A DNA stretch of 64,000 nucleotides from Desulfobaccales bacterium. GTDB lineage: Bacteria; Desulfobacterota; Desulfobaccia; Desulfobaccales; 0-14-0-80-60-11. Each line of letters starts with the position of its first letter. Positions within the stretch are counted from its first letter, which is position 1. A program made the position numbers and the translations under genes. Below the pieces are notes generated by a model that saw nothing but the letters and a program-made list of their open reading frames with translations, was not told the origin of the DNA and did not search any database. The DNA is taken from assembly GCA_052139855.1 (NCBI GenBank), contig JBKQVS010000115.1, positions 14,358 through 78,357 on the forward strand, written 5' to 3'. This document shows, in pieces, positions 25,758 to 35,495 of the stretch.

Positions 25758-27062
25758 ATGTCCCGTGCTCTGGTAATTGAAAACTTGTCCAAAGAATACC
25801 GTTTGGGCCTTTTGGGCCACGGCGCCTTTTACCGGGATTTTCAGAGTTGGTGGGCCCGGATACGGGGGCGGGAAGATCCCAACGCCAAGATGGTCTTTTT
25901 TGGCGATGCGGATAAAAAGCTGTCCTCCGCCAACATATGGGCCCTCCGCGATGTATCCCTGGAGGTCGAGCAGGGCGATGTCCTGGGACTGATCGGATTA
26001 AATGGAGCCGGCAAGTCCACCCTATTGAAGATACTGGCACGAGTGACGATCCCAACGGTAGGGCTGGTCAAGATCCGAGGGCGGGTAGCAAGCCTGTTGG
26101 AGGTGGGGACCGGTTTTCATCCCGAGCTCACCGGACGAGAAAATGTTTTCCTCAACGGTGCCATCCTTGGAATGAGGATCTCCGAAATCCATCAGAAATT
26201 CGACCAGATCATAGATTTCGCCGGAGTGGAGCGGTTCATAGATACTCCGGTAAAACGTTATTCCAGCGGCATGTATGTGCGGCTCGCCTTTGCCGTGGCC
26301 GCCCATCTTGATGCGGAAATTCTGCTGGTGGACGAGGTCCTGGCGGTGGGCGACATCGAATTTCAGAAAAAGTGTCTGGCCAAAATAGGGGAGGTTACCA
26401 GCCAGGGCCGGACCGTGGTCTTTGTCAGTCACAACATGGGGGCCATTACGGCTCTCTGCAAGCGAGGAGTGCTGTTGGAACAGGGCAGGCTGACCCAGGA
26501 AGGCACCGCGGCGGCGGTGGTGGCCAGTTATATTTCCTCCATTGCCTCTTTTGCCAAGGTGGACAACGGCTACCTCTCCCTCGCAGGCCATCCTGGCCGG
26601 CAAAAGACCTGTTTCGACGGCGTGGTTCAGCTTACCCATTGTATTCTCAGTGATGATACGAGCCGTGGTAAGCAGCATTTTACCAATGGCAAACCGATGC
26701 ATGTTACTATCGGCTATCAGGAGAACCACCCCGTCAGGAAGCAAAACCTGGCTTTCACCGTTATGGTGGAAAACATCAAAGGGCAGACGGTGGCGCATCT
26801 CTCCAGCGAAGTGGCAGGCATGCAGTTTGACAATCTCGCCTCCAAGGGCGAGGTCAGGTGTACCCTGCCCCGTCTTGGGTTGGTTCCGGGCACCTATACC
26901 TTATCTTTGGCCTGCCGGGTGGCTGGGGAATGGTCAGACTGGATTTCCCAGGTGGTATCTTTTGATGTGATAGGAGCGGAGTTCTATCCCACCAAGTTGC
27001 TTCCTCCCCAGGATATGGCAGGTGATGTCCTGATGGATTATGAGTGGGAAGCTCTCCCCTGA
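25758..27062 (+). CDS. wzt: Polysaccharide/O-antigen ABC exporter ATP-binding protein with a C-terminal extra (Wzt_C-like carbohydrate-binding) domain
   Basis: 434 aa. Walker A GLNGAGKSTLLK, signature YSSGMYVRLAFA, Walker B ILLVDEVLAVGD. About 170 residues follow the NBD (…SLAGHPGRQ…VTIGY…GEVRCTLPRLGLVPGTYTLSLA…), consistent with a Wzt C-terminal beta-sandwich domain. Confidence 0.85.
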   Translation: MSRALVIENLSKEYRLGLLGHGAFYRDFQSWWARIRGREDPNAKMVFFGDADKKLSSANIWALRDVSLEVEQGDVLGLIGLNGAGKSTLLKILARVTIPTVGLVKIRGRVASLLEVGTGFHPELTGRENVFLNGAILGMRISEIHQKFDQIIDFAGVERFIDTPVKRYSSGMYVRLAFAVAAHLDAEILLVDEVLAVGDIEFQKKCLAKIGEVTSQGRTVVFVSHNMGAITALCKRGVLLEQGRLTQEGTAAAVVASYISSIASFAKVDNGYLSLAGHPGRQKTCFDGVVQLTHCILSDDTSRGKQHFTNGKPMHVTIGYQENHPVRKQNLAFTVMVENIKGQTVAHLSSEVAGMQFDNLASKGEVRCTLPRLGLVPGTYTLSLACRVAGEWSDWISQVVSFDVIGAEFYPTKLLPPQDMAGDVLMDYEWEALP

Positions 27063-27173
27063 GTTCTCAGGCCTATAATGCCTAAACCGGTTAACCCGGA
27101 CTGACCAAACGTGGCACCATTAATTATTAAAACCTCTCTTGTTTTAGTTTTATGTTGAGTCACTTATCCTGAG

Positions 27174-28310
27174 ATGGTGAATCATTCCATGAGTGGTCCC
27201 AAGAGATTATTAGAGCTGGATGCTTTGCGCGGCATAGCCGCTCTGAGTGTCGTATTATTTCATTATACAACCCATTATGAGTACGGCCAATCCGATCGGT
27301 TATGGTTCTATTTTCCGTATGGTTTATATGGGATTAATTTATTTTTCTTAATTAGCGGATTTGTAATATTTCTTACCCTGCAACGGGTCAATAAAGGCTT
27401 AGATTTCGTTGTGGCCAGATTTTCTCGGTTATATCCGGCCTACTGGACGGCAGGAGCGATAACGTTTTTCGTTGTATTGTTTACAGGTCTTCCAGGTCGG
27501 GAAGTCAGTTTAAAAGAGGCATTGGTTAATATTACAATGTTTGAATATTGGTTTCAGGTTCCGTATGTTGATGGATCATATTGGACATTATCATATGAGT
27601 TAGCTTTTTATCTCATTATGTTAATATTTTTCTTAACCAGCTTATTGAAGAGAATTGATATTATTGCCATAATCTGGCTATCAATTATTTTTATCATTAA
27701 AGTTATAGAAAGGCTTTTTGGATTTAATTTGCCAGATGTCTTCAAAGTAACTTTTTTACTTAATTTTGGTAATTTATTTATTGCTGGCATCATGTTTTAT
27801 AAAATAAAAAACAAGCAATCTTCTTTAATGACGCATATTATTATTGCTGGTTGTCTCTTAATTGATCCTTTATTTTCTAGATTTTATCGTCATATTCCTG
27901 AGGCTACAATTATTTCTGGATTTTTTATAATATTTTACCTGTTTGCTTATGGCAAGTTATCAATTATTATTCAAAAACCTCTCCTTTTTTTGGGAGCAGT
28001 TTCTTATCCTCTTTATCTGATTCACGATAATGTTGGTTATGTTATATTGAGAAACCTGTATAAAACTAACCTTGATCCGCAAGTAATTATATTAATAACA
28101 ATTGTAATTGTTCTCATCGTGGCCTGGGTTATTCATATCACTGTCGAAAACCCCATGATGAAAACGATCAGAAGCAAGTATAAAGCATTCCAACAAGAAC
28201 GATATCCAGTCCCTGCTTTGTCAGTTGTTGGCGAAATGCTGCAAGATTCACAGGAGGCTTCTGCTTCGCAGGCCTCAGAAAATCCCACGCCCACAGTGTC
28301 ATCATCATGA
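27174..28310 (+). CDS. Acyltransferase family 3 membrane protein (O-acetyltransferase-like)
   Basis: 378 aa, low GC, about 10 TM segments. N-terminal LELDALRGIAALSVVLFHY and FFLISGFVI are Acyl_transf_3 hallmarks. Confidence 0.85.
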   Translation: MVNHSMSGPKRLLELDALRGIAALSVVLFHYTTHYEYGQSDRLWFYFPYGLYGINLFFLISGFVIFLTLQRVNKGLDFVVARFSRLYPAYWTAGAITFFVVLFTGLPGREVSLKEALVNITMFEYWFQVPYVDGSYWTLSYELAFYLIMLIFFLTSLLKRIDIIAIIWLSIIFIIKVIERLFGFNLPDVFKVTFLLNFGNLFIAGIMFYKIKNKQSSLMTHIIIAGCLLIDPLFSRFYRHIPEATIISGFFIIFYLFAYGKLSIIIQKPLLFLGAVSYPLYLIHDNVGYVILRNLYKTNLDPQVIILITIVIVLIVAWVIHITVENPMMKTIRSKYKAFQQERYPVPALSVVGEMLQDSQEASASQASENPTPTVSSS

Positions 28311-28562
28311 AAAAAACACATTATTGCTGGTAATAAGTCAGAGCGAATGAGTGGCGCTCAGAACGGGAATCGGATTTGGGTTTTATTAAATTAATTGAGA
28401 ACAAATTATCAAAGTAAGGGAGTTTTTGTTGATGGCTATGTAAGGAGAGCTACAAGGGGGCTTAATTGGGAAAACTGATAACCTTGATTGAAATCTGATG
28501 AGAAACGAACAGTTGATTCTCAAGAATCCGCCCGAAAGCTAACCAAAGCGCCATTCCCAGCC

Positions 28563-29636
28563 ATGAAAGTAAAAATATTTTCAGATAAGCGCTATTTGCC
28601 CCAGGATAAGAGTCATGTTGTCATGCTTTATCCGTTTTGGGGGAAAATTCCGGAGGATCCCCGAGACCCTAACAGTGGGCGGTACGACCGTTATGCAGCT
28701 ATGGGGGATACTCTTTTTGAAATGGCGCCGTCCCTAGCCAGTGCCAGCCTGGCCGTTCTCCCGGCGCCTTGGGAAAAGGTGCGCCATAATGCCGCTTGGC
28801 GTGGCTTGAGCGAACAGTTTATTGATGAGGCCAGGCGGGCCGGCAAAGAGACAGTTATCTTTTTCTGGGATGACTCCTGCGAGCCGGTAGCGGTGAACCA
28901 CACTTTGGTGTTCCGCACCTCCTTGTATCACTCGCGGCGGCGGCCAGGAGAATTTGCCATGCCGGCCTGGAGCGAGGATGTGGTTGACAAATACATGGAG
29001 GGCCATCTGCCTCTACGGGAAAAGCGGGACAAACCGCTGGTGGGGTTTTCTGGGTTCGGACGGATTCGATGGACTTGGAAGAATATGCTGCATTTGGGCG
29101 CGAGCAAATTGGGACTTAGGAATCCGGACGCCTTCAGAGGCCATCGTCTGCGGACCAGAGGGCTGAGTCTCCTTGCGAAGAGCCGCCACGTGGAGACCAA
29201 TTTTATTATCAGAGAGGCATTCTACGGCGCATTCTACAGCAGGGCTGTACCGGGGGATTTCGGCAATCGCGCCTTGCTACAGCGACTCCGACAAGAATTT
29301 GTTCACAATCTGGTGGAGAGTGATTATATTCTCTGTGTGCGCGGCAACGGAAATTTTTCCTATCGCCTCTATGAGACTCTCAGTTGCGGGCGGATTCCGG
29401 TGTTCATCAATACTGACTGCGTGCTTCCTTATGATTTCGCCGTCGATTGGAAGGAGTATTGCGTCTGGGTGGAACTTCAGGAATTGCCCCACATCGGAGA
29501 GAAAGTGGCAGAATTTCACGCTCGTTTGTCACCGGCTGACTTTAAGGAGTTGCAATGCCGATGCAGGGATTTCTGGCAGCACTGGTTATCGCCGGAAGGA
29601 TTCTTTGCTAATTTCCACAGACACTTGGATATATGA
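28563..29636 (+). CDS. Exostosin-like (GT47-type) glycosyltransferase
   Basis: YILCVRGNGNFSYRLYETLSCGRIPVFINTDCVLPYDFAVDWKEYCVWVE matches the exostosin-domain C-terminal block (G....S.R..E.L..G.IPV.I......LP......W..). Start taken at ATG 28563; the track's 28488 start is a TTG. Confidence 0.7.
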   Translation: MKVKIFSDKRYLPQDKSHVVMLYPFWGKIPEDPRDPNSGRYDRYAAMGDTLFEMAPSLASASLAVLPAPWEKVRHNAAWRGLSEQFIDEARRAGKETVIFFWDDSCEPVAVNHTLVFRTSLYHSRRRPGEFAMPAWSEDVVDKYMEGHLPLREKRDKPLVGFSGFGRIRWTWKNMLHLGASKLGLRNPDAFRGHRLRTRGLSLLAKSRHVETNFIIREAFYGAFYSRAVPGDFGNRALLQRLRQEFVHNLVESDYILCVRGNGNFSYRLYETLSCGRIPVFINTDCVLPYDFAVDWKEYCVWVELQELPHIGEKVAEFHARLSPADFKELQCRCRDFWQHWLSPEGFFANFHRHLDI

Positions 29637-29708
29637 GAACATAATTCCGATGCTCACCAGGCTTTACCCTGGCCCAACCTTCCTCCGCTAGTTCCTTAAG
29701 GGTTTGAG

Positions 29709-30941
29709 ATGAGGTTGCTTAAACTGACCTCCCTATATCAGCAGTACATTGCTGCGTTTTATGCCAGCCGTCCCGGCCTGGCGAATCAATCGTATGCGGC
29801 CCAGAAAGAAGCTTTGGATTACGATGCCTTCGGCTGGGGAGATTTCTGGTCCCATGCCCTTCAACCCATGGGCTATGAGGTCATGGAGGTTGCTGCCAAT
29901 GTGGAGTCTTTGCAAAAAGCCTGGGCTCTGGAAAACGGCGTAAAATTTCACCCTGATACTTGGAGGTGGGATATCGCCTGGGCTCAAGTGGCGGCCTTCC
30001 AACCAGACATCCTGTTCATGGACGATTATTCCACATTTACCTGTAAGTGGCTCTTGGAGTTGCGAGATGCCTGTCCCGCCATTTCCCTGATCCTGGGCTG
30101 GTGCGGGGCCCCGTATCAGGACGCCACGGTTTTTAAGGCCTATGACCTGGTGTTGTCATGCATCCCAGAGTTAGTGGACCATTTCAGAAATCAGGGGCAT
30201 CGCAGCGCCCATCTAAACCATGCCTTTGAACCACGGATTTTAACCCGACTTGGGGCCCCGACCAACCCGGATATAGATTTTTCCTTTATCGGCAGCCTGA
30301 ACCGGGGCCGGGACGGCCACAGTAAACGGGAACAGTTGCTCTTGGAGCTGGCGCGCCGGGTAGATATCAAAATTTTTACTCCCAACCTGGAATTGGGCCT
30401 GAAGCAGAATATGAAGACCATGGCCAAGGGCGCGCTCTACCAGATTATTCAGGGTCTTCGTAAAGCCGGAGTTTCCTCCGACCTCTGGTCCAGGATCCCC
30501 AAATTGGGGAGGGCGGCGCAGTGGAACTACCGGCCGATGTTCTCGGTGCACCCGCGTCTTCGAGGACGAGCGCGTCCCGGAGTGTTTGGGCTTGAGATGT
30601 ACCAAACCTTACAGAGATCCAAGTTGACTTTCAATTCACATATTGATATTTCTCTAAATTCGGCTTCCAATATACGCCTTTTTGAAGCTACGGGAATTGG
30701 CACTTGTCTGGTCACGGACTGGAAAGAAAACTTGTTCCAGCTTTTTGAGCCTGAGAAAGAAGTGGTGACTTATCAATCCGCGGCCGAATGCGTGGAGAAA
30801 GTGAGATGGCTTCTTGACCATCTCCAGGAACGCCAAGCCATTGGACGGGCTGGGCAGGCGCGGACCTTGAGAGATCATACCTTTCCTTTAAGAGCCCTAC
30901 AGCTAGATGATATTATACAGAAAGCGATAAAAAAGAAATAA
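29709..30941 (+). CDS. CgeB-like glycosyltransferase (Glyco_trans_1_2-type C-terminal domain)
   Basis: 410 aa. C-terminal NIRLFEATGIGTCLVTDWKENLFQLFEPEKEVVTYQSAAECVEKVRWLLDHLQERQAIGRAGQARTLRDHTF resembles the CgeB/DUF3880-associated GT domain. Confidence 0.65.
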   Translation: MRLLKLTSLYQQYIAAFYASRPGLANQSYAAQKEALDYDAFGWGDFWSHALQPMGYEVMEVAANVESLQKAWALENGVKFHPDTWRWDIAWAQVAAFQPDILFMDDYSTFTCKWLLELRDACPAISLILGWCGAPYQDATVFKAYDLVLSCIPELVDHFRNQGHRSAHLNHAFEPRILTRLGAPTNPDIDFSFIGSLNRGRDGHSKREQLLLELARRVDIKIFTPNLELGLKQNMKTMAKGALYQIIQGLRKAGVSSDLWSRIPKLGRAAQWNYRPMFSVHPRLRGRARPGVFGLEMYQTLQRSKLTFNSHIDISLNSASNIRLFEATGIGTCLVTDWKENLFQLFEPEKEVVTYQSAAECVEKVRWLLDHLQERQAIGRAGQARTLRDHTFPLRALQLDDIIQKAIKKK

Positions 30942-30970
30942 TATCAAAAATTATAATAAGGTACTGATAG

Positions 30971-32104
30971 ATGATTAATGGTAATCATAAAAATAAAGGG
31001 CCCAACAAATTTATTTCTATTTCATCGCCTTCTATAACACAAAAAGAAATCGATTTTGTAAAGGATGCCGTTGAATCTGGATGGGTTTCGTCTCTGGGAA
31101 AATACATAAAAATTTTTGAAGATAAATTTGCGGAATTCTGCGGTACGAAATATGCTCTTGCAACGTCAAATGGTACGGCCGCTTTGCATCTGGCGGTAGC
31201 TTTGCTTGGAATAAAAGAAGGTGATGAAGTAATAATACCTGATCTAACTTTTATAGCGACGGCTAACGCTGTGTCTTACACCGGCGCAAGGCCAGTTTGC
31301 GCCGATATTGAAGCGGAAACCTGGTGTATTGATCCAAAAAGCATAAGGAAGAAGATTACTGAAAGAACTAAAGCAATCATTCCTGTCCATCTATATGGAC
31401 ACCCCGCAGATATGGACGGCATAATGGATCTGGCAAAAGAATACAAGTTATATGTGATAGAAGATGCTTCGGAAGCTCATGGAGCCAGATACAAAAATAG
31501 AATGGTAGGGAGTATCGGTGATTTAGGAGTATTCAGTTTTTATGGAAATAAGATTATGACGACGGGCGAAGGTGGCATGATAACTACCAATAACCCAGCT
31601 TTTTATGAGAAGGCAGCGTTTTTACGTGATCATGCAATGAGCAAAGATAAAAGGTATTGGCATCCTGAAATAGGATTTAATTACAGACTGACCAATTTGC
31701 AGGCTGCTTTGGGAGTAGCTCAACTTGAAAGAATAGACGAATTGATAGATAAGAAGAGACGTATATTTAAGTGGTATGAGCAATCCTTAAAAGGGCTTAA
31801 CGGCATAAAATTGAATCCACAAAAGGATTGGGCGGAAAATGTCTATTGGATGATATGCCTTCTCTTGGAAGAAAGCATCTCAGGCAAAAGGGAGAGCTTG
31901 ATGCAGAAGCTTAAGCAAAAGGGGATCGATTCACGCCCCTTTTTCTATCCTATAAGCTTGATGCCAATGTATAAAAGTGAAGAAATAAACCAAATTGCCT
32001 ATAGCGTTTCTCGAAGAGGGCTGAACCTGCCAAGCGGGGTAGGACTCACAAGAGATGAAGTGCAGTACATTGCTCAGGCAATATATGAGCACATCATGCC
32101 ATGA
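30971..32104 (+). CDS. DegT/DnrJ/EryC1/StrS-family sugar aminotransferase
   Basis: 377 aa, low GC. GDEVIIPDLTFIATANAV, VIEDASEAHGA and GVFSFYGNKIMTTGEGGMITTN (PLP-Lys block). Confidence 0.9.
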   Translation: MINGNHKNKGPNKFISISSPSITQKEIDFVKDAVESGWVSSLGKYIKIFEDKFAEFCGTKYALATSNGTAALHLAVALLGIKEGDEVIIPDLTFIATANAVSYTGARPVCADIEAETWCIDPKSIRKKITERTKAIIPVHLYGHPADMDGIMDLAKEYKLYVIEDASEAHGARYKNRMVGSIGDLGVFSFYGNKIMTTGEGGMITTNNPAFYEKAAFLRDHAMSKDKRYWHPEIGFNYRLTNLQAALGVAQLERIDELIDKKRRIFKWYEQSLKGLNGIKLNPQKDWAENVYWMICLLLEESISGKRESLMQKLKQKGIDSRPFFYPISLMPMYKSEEINQIAYSVSRRGLNLPSGVGLTRDEVQYIAQAIYEHIMP

Positions 32105-32150
32105 AATCATCTAATAGCATTTGTTTCAGAAATACTCCTGAGGGTTTTTG

Positions 32151-32873
32151 ATGAGCGGGTTTGAAGAATATTATAATTCTTTTTATAAAGAACTCGCGCT
32201 GATGGACGCCAAAGGAAACAGTTTCTCTAAAATTGAGAATTTTCTTCCCGATTTGCCGGATGATGCAAAGGTTCTTGACATAGGCTGTGGCTTTGGTTCC
32301 GTCAGCCATGAATTGGTAAAGAGGGGATTTGATGTCTATGGAATGGAAATCAATGAAGATGCAAAAAATGAATTAATGAGAAAAGGCATAAAAGTTATAG
32401 AACATGATATTTCAAAACCATTTGGAATGATAGGAGAGAAGTTTAATCTTGTCCTGCTGCTTGATATTCTGGAGCATGTCTTTGATCCGCTATCGTTGAT
32501 GAACGAAGCTTCTAGCGTGTTAACTCCAAATGGAGAAATGATAATCTCTGTTCCATTATATTTTGATCTCATCGATAGGTTCAGGATATTATTTACCGGA
32601 AGCATTATAAGTTACGATAATATGTGTTACGGAAAAGAGTTATATAAAAGATTTAGAAGTTATAATTATGATCACATAAGGTTTTTTAGACCAAATGACA
32701 TATTTGAAATGTGCAAGACTCTTGGTCTGACAATTCAAATATATCAGTACAGCCCATTTATGGGGATAGGCTTGGTAACAAGGGTCTTAAGAAAAATATT
32801 GATTAATAAATATACGTTGTCTTATGCCCCAGGCTTGTTGGCCCATGCGATGATGGCCAGGGTAAAAAAATGA
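32151..32873 (+). CDS. Class I SAM-dependent methyltransferase
   Basis: Motif I KVLDIGCGFGSVSHELVKRGFDVYGMEINEDA and FNLVLLLDILEHVFDP. ATG 32151 (the track start at 32148 is a TTG). The stop overlaps the next ATG (ATGA). Confidence 0.85.
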   Translation: MSGFEEYYNSFYKELALMDAKGNSFSKIENFLPDLPDDAKVLDIGCGFGSVSHELVKRGFDVYGMEINEDAKNELMRKGIKVIEHDISKPFGMIGEKFNLVLLLDILEHVFDPLSLMNEASSVLTPNGEMIISVPLYFDLIDRFRILFTGSIISYDNMCYGKELYKRFRSYNYDHIRFFRPNDIFEMCKTLGLTIQIYQYSPFMGIGLVTRVLRKILINKYTLSYAPGLLAHAMMARVKK

Positions 32874-34045
32874 AAAAAATAGGTATTTTGGGCTTTCCAC
32901 TGGGATCGGGGGGCCTAATTCAATACGCTGACTCCATGTTTGACGCTCTTGCCCTTGATAAAGAAAATAAATATATTCTATTTTTATTAAAAGGGGATAG
33001 CAGATATGACGGCTTAAAATTTGAGATAAGAAAAGTTGAGATGTTTGGCAGAAGAAAAACATTTTCCCATATCCTAAAATATGTATTAAGAGTAAATCTA
33101 TTAAGTCTATTGCCACCAGATATTATAAGAAAACTTTTTTTTTCTCATGAAGAAATTGATTCCTATAACGACATTGATTTATTTATATCACCTGCGCCAC
33201 GCTTTTACCCCCATTACTTTTTGAAGAAACCTTATATCATGACGGTACACGATTTCCAAGAGAAGTACTTTCCAGAATTTTTTACTTATAAAGACCGTTT
33301 AATTAGATATATTATAAATAAAATATCTATTAGTCATTGCACTCATATAATTACTGAATCGAATTATGTTAAAAAAGATATTATAAATTTCTTTAATTAC
33401 GATCCCGATAAGATTTCAGTTTTACCCTCCCCGCCACCAATGGGTTTTATTAATAAGAAATATAAAAAAAAAGACCTGAAGGATATAAAGACAAAATATA
33501 ATTTACCGGACAGCTATATTTTTTATCCGGCACAATATTGGTATCATAAAAACCATATTAGGTTGTTGGAAGCCTTTAAAGTAATATCAAATAAATATAG
33601 CGATTTATATCTTGTATTGACTGGTGCAGAACAGAACAATTATGATAATGTTGTTAAGAAGATAGAAGAATATGGGCTGAAGAATAGAGTCATGCAATTA
33701 GGTTACATAGAATATGCTGATTTACCTGCCCTTTATCTGATGTCAAGAATGCTGATTATGCCAACTCTTTTTGAAAGCGTAAGCATGCCAATATATGAAT
33801 CTTTTATGCTAAGAGTCCCCGTATGCTGTTCAAACGTAGTTGCATTGCCCGAACAAGTAGCAAATGCTGGACTTTTGTTCAACCCCAATGACACTGCTGA
33901 TATAGCTGAGAAGGCCCTGGCACTTCTTGATGATGAAAAGTTGGGGAAAGAACTGGCAGAAAAAGGATATAACAAAATAATAGAATTTAATCATAAGAAT
34001 TATGCCACAAAATTGAAACAAATTATAAATGAAGCCAAGCTTTAA
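32870..34045 (+). CDS. Family-4 (GT-B, Glycos_transf_1) glycosyltransferase
   Basis: 391 aa, low GC. C-terminal DLPALYLMSRMLIMPTLFESVSMPIYESFMLRVPVCCSNVVALPEQV is an E-x7-E-type GT4 motif. Contains T9 (33135-33143) and A9 (33464-33472) tracts. Confidence 0.85.
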   Translation: MKKIGILGFPLGSGGLIQYADSMFDALALDKENKYILFLLKGDSRYDGLKFEIRKVEMFGRRKTFSHILKYVLRVNLLSLLPPDIIRKLFFSHEEIDSYNDIDLFISPAPRFYPHYFLKKPYIMTVHDFQEKYFPEFFTYKDRLIRYIINKISISHCTHIITESNYVKKDIINFFNYDPDKISVLPSPPPMGFINKKYKKKDLKDIKTKYNLPDSYIFYPAQYWYHKNHIRLLEAFKVISNKYSDLYLVLTGAEQNNYDNVVKKIEEYGLKNRVMQLGYIEYADLPALYLMSRMLIMPTLFESVSMPIYESFMLRVPVCCSNVVALPEQVANAGLLFNPNDTADIAEKALALLDDEKLGKELAEKGYNKIIEFNHKNYATKLKQIINEAKL

Positions 34046-34176
34046 ATTATTTCATCGAATGCCATCATGGCTAATTAATAAAACATTGTCTGCTTACATG
34101 GATGTTTTTATCAAATACCTATGAATGCCCAAAATCAAAAACTATGGTTGGCTGAACCAGCTTCGACTCAACGCTA

Positions 34177-35439
34177 ATGTCTGAAAACCTTCCCCGCGTC
34201 GTGGTCTCCAACGGGTGCCATCGCTTTTTTATGTATCAAATTGCCCTGGCCTGTCAGCAGGAGGGGATTTTAAAGCGATTTATTACCGGTGGGTATCTTA
34301 AGAACGAGGCCCTGATCAAGTTCCTGAAAAGCCCCGCCGGCCGGAAAATGCTAGGGACCGGAGTTTCCAAACGTTTGCTGACCCGGCGGCAGGAAGGTCT
34401 TGATCCCTCCAAGGTAGCGGCATTACTGGCTCCGGACCTGGTGGAACGGTTGGGCCGCTCCTCCCTGGCCAAGCGGTTTGCGCCGGGATTTTTTTCCTAC
34501 TGGTCCATGAAACTATTTGGCCGGCTGTCACAATATTACGTCCGCGGCGCGGATGTGCTGCATGTGCGCTCGGGTTACGGCCGCGGCGCCATAGCTCGGG
34601 CCAGGCGCGCCGGCGCGGTGTGTCTGGTGGACCACTCCATCGCCGATCCCCGGTTCATTGCGGAGATGCTGCAGACCGAGGCGTCCCGGTGGGGGCTGCC
34701 GGAAGAGTACCCGGAGCTGCACTGGCGGTGCGTGTCCCAGGATATTGATGCAGCCGACCATATTTTGGTGAACTCAGGTTTTGTGCGGGATACGCTCATG
34801 GCCAGCCGGCGTATCCCGGCAGACAAGATCACGGTTTTGACCTGGGGGGTGGACCTGGCTCGCTTTGCGCCGGCGCCGGTCGCAAGCTCAAAGCCGGAAC
34901 CTTTCCGGATTCTCTTTGCCGGGGAGATCGGTTTGCGCAAAGGGGCGCTCTACCTTCTCCAGGCATGGGAAAAATTAAAATTGCCGGACGCCGAACTCAT
35001 CCTCATCGGCCCGGTGGCGGACATAGGAGAACGTCTGGCGGAGAGTAAAGCAAAGTTTCGTCTCCTGCCGGTTTTACCGCAGGAGGAGTTGGTGTCGTAT
35101 TATCAAAATGCCTCGGTCTTCATATTTCCTTCCCTCATCGAAGGCTCCGCCCGAGTCATTCAAGAGGCGATGGCTTGCGGGTTACCGATTGTCACGACTC
35201 CCAATGCGGGTTCCATCGTGCAGGACGGGATTGAGGGGTTTGTGGTGCCCATACGCGACCCCGAAGCGATTGGCGCCCGCATCCTGGAGCTGTATAAGCA
35301 CCCTGAGCGGCGCCAAGAGATGGGCCTGGCGGCCAGGGCGGCGGCGGTGCGCGAGTTTGCCCCTGAAGTTTACCACCGGGGGTTAATGCGTCTTTATGCT
35401 GCTCTCCGGCCCGACAAATTCCCGGAGAGTCGCCCATGA
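34177..35439 (+). CDS. Family-4 glycosyltransferase
   Basis: 420 aa, high GC. FAGEIGLRKG...ASVFIFPSLIEGSARVIQEAMACGLPIVTTPNAGS. Confidence 0.85.
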   Translation: MSENLPRVVVSNGCHRFFMYQIALACQQEGILKRFITGGYLKNEALIKFLKSPAGRKMLGTGVSKRLLTRRQEGLDPSKVAALLAPDLVERLGRSSLAKRFAPGFFSYWSMKLFGRLSQYYVRGADVLHVRSGYGRGAIARARRAGAVCLVDHSIADPRFIAEMLQTEASRWGLPEEYPELHWRCVSQDIDAADHILVNSGFVRDTLMASRRIPADKITVLTWGVDLARFAPAPVASSKPEPFRILFAGEIGLRKGALYLLQAWEKLKLPDAELILIGPVADIGERLAESKAKFRLLPVLPQEELVSYYQNASVFIFPSLIEGSARVIQEAMACGLPIVTTPNAGSIVQDGIEGFVVPIRDPEAIGARILELYKHPERRQEMGLAARAAAVREFAPEVYHRGLMRLYAALRPDKFPESRP

Positions 35440-35495
35440 TGGAAAAGATTTATGATCATTAATGATGCTCAGCCGGGTGATTACGTGAGAACCTC

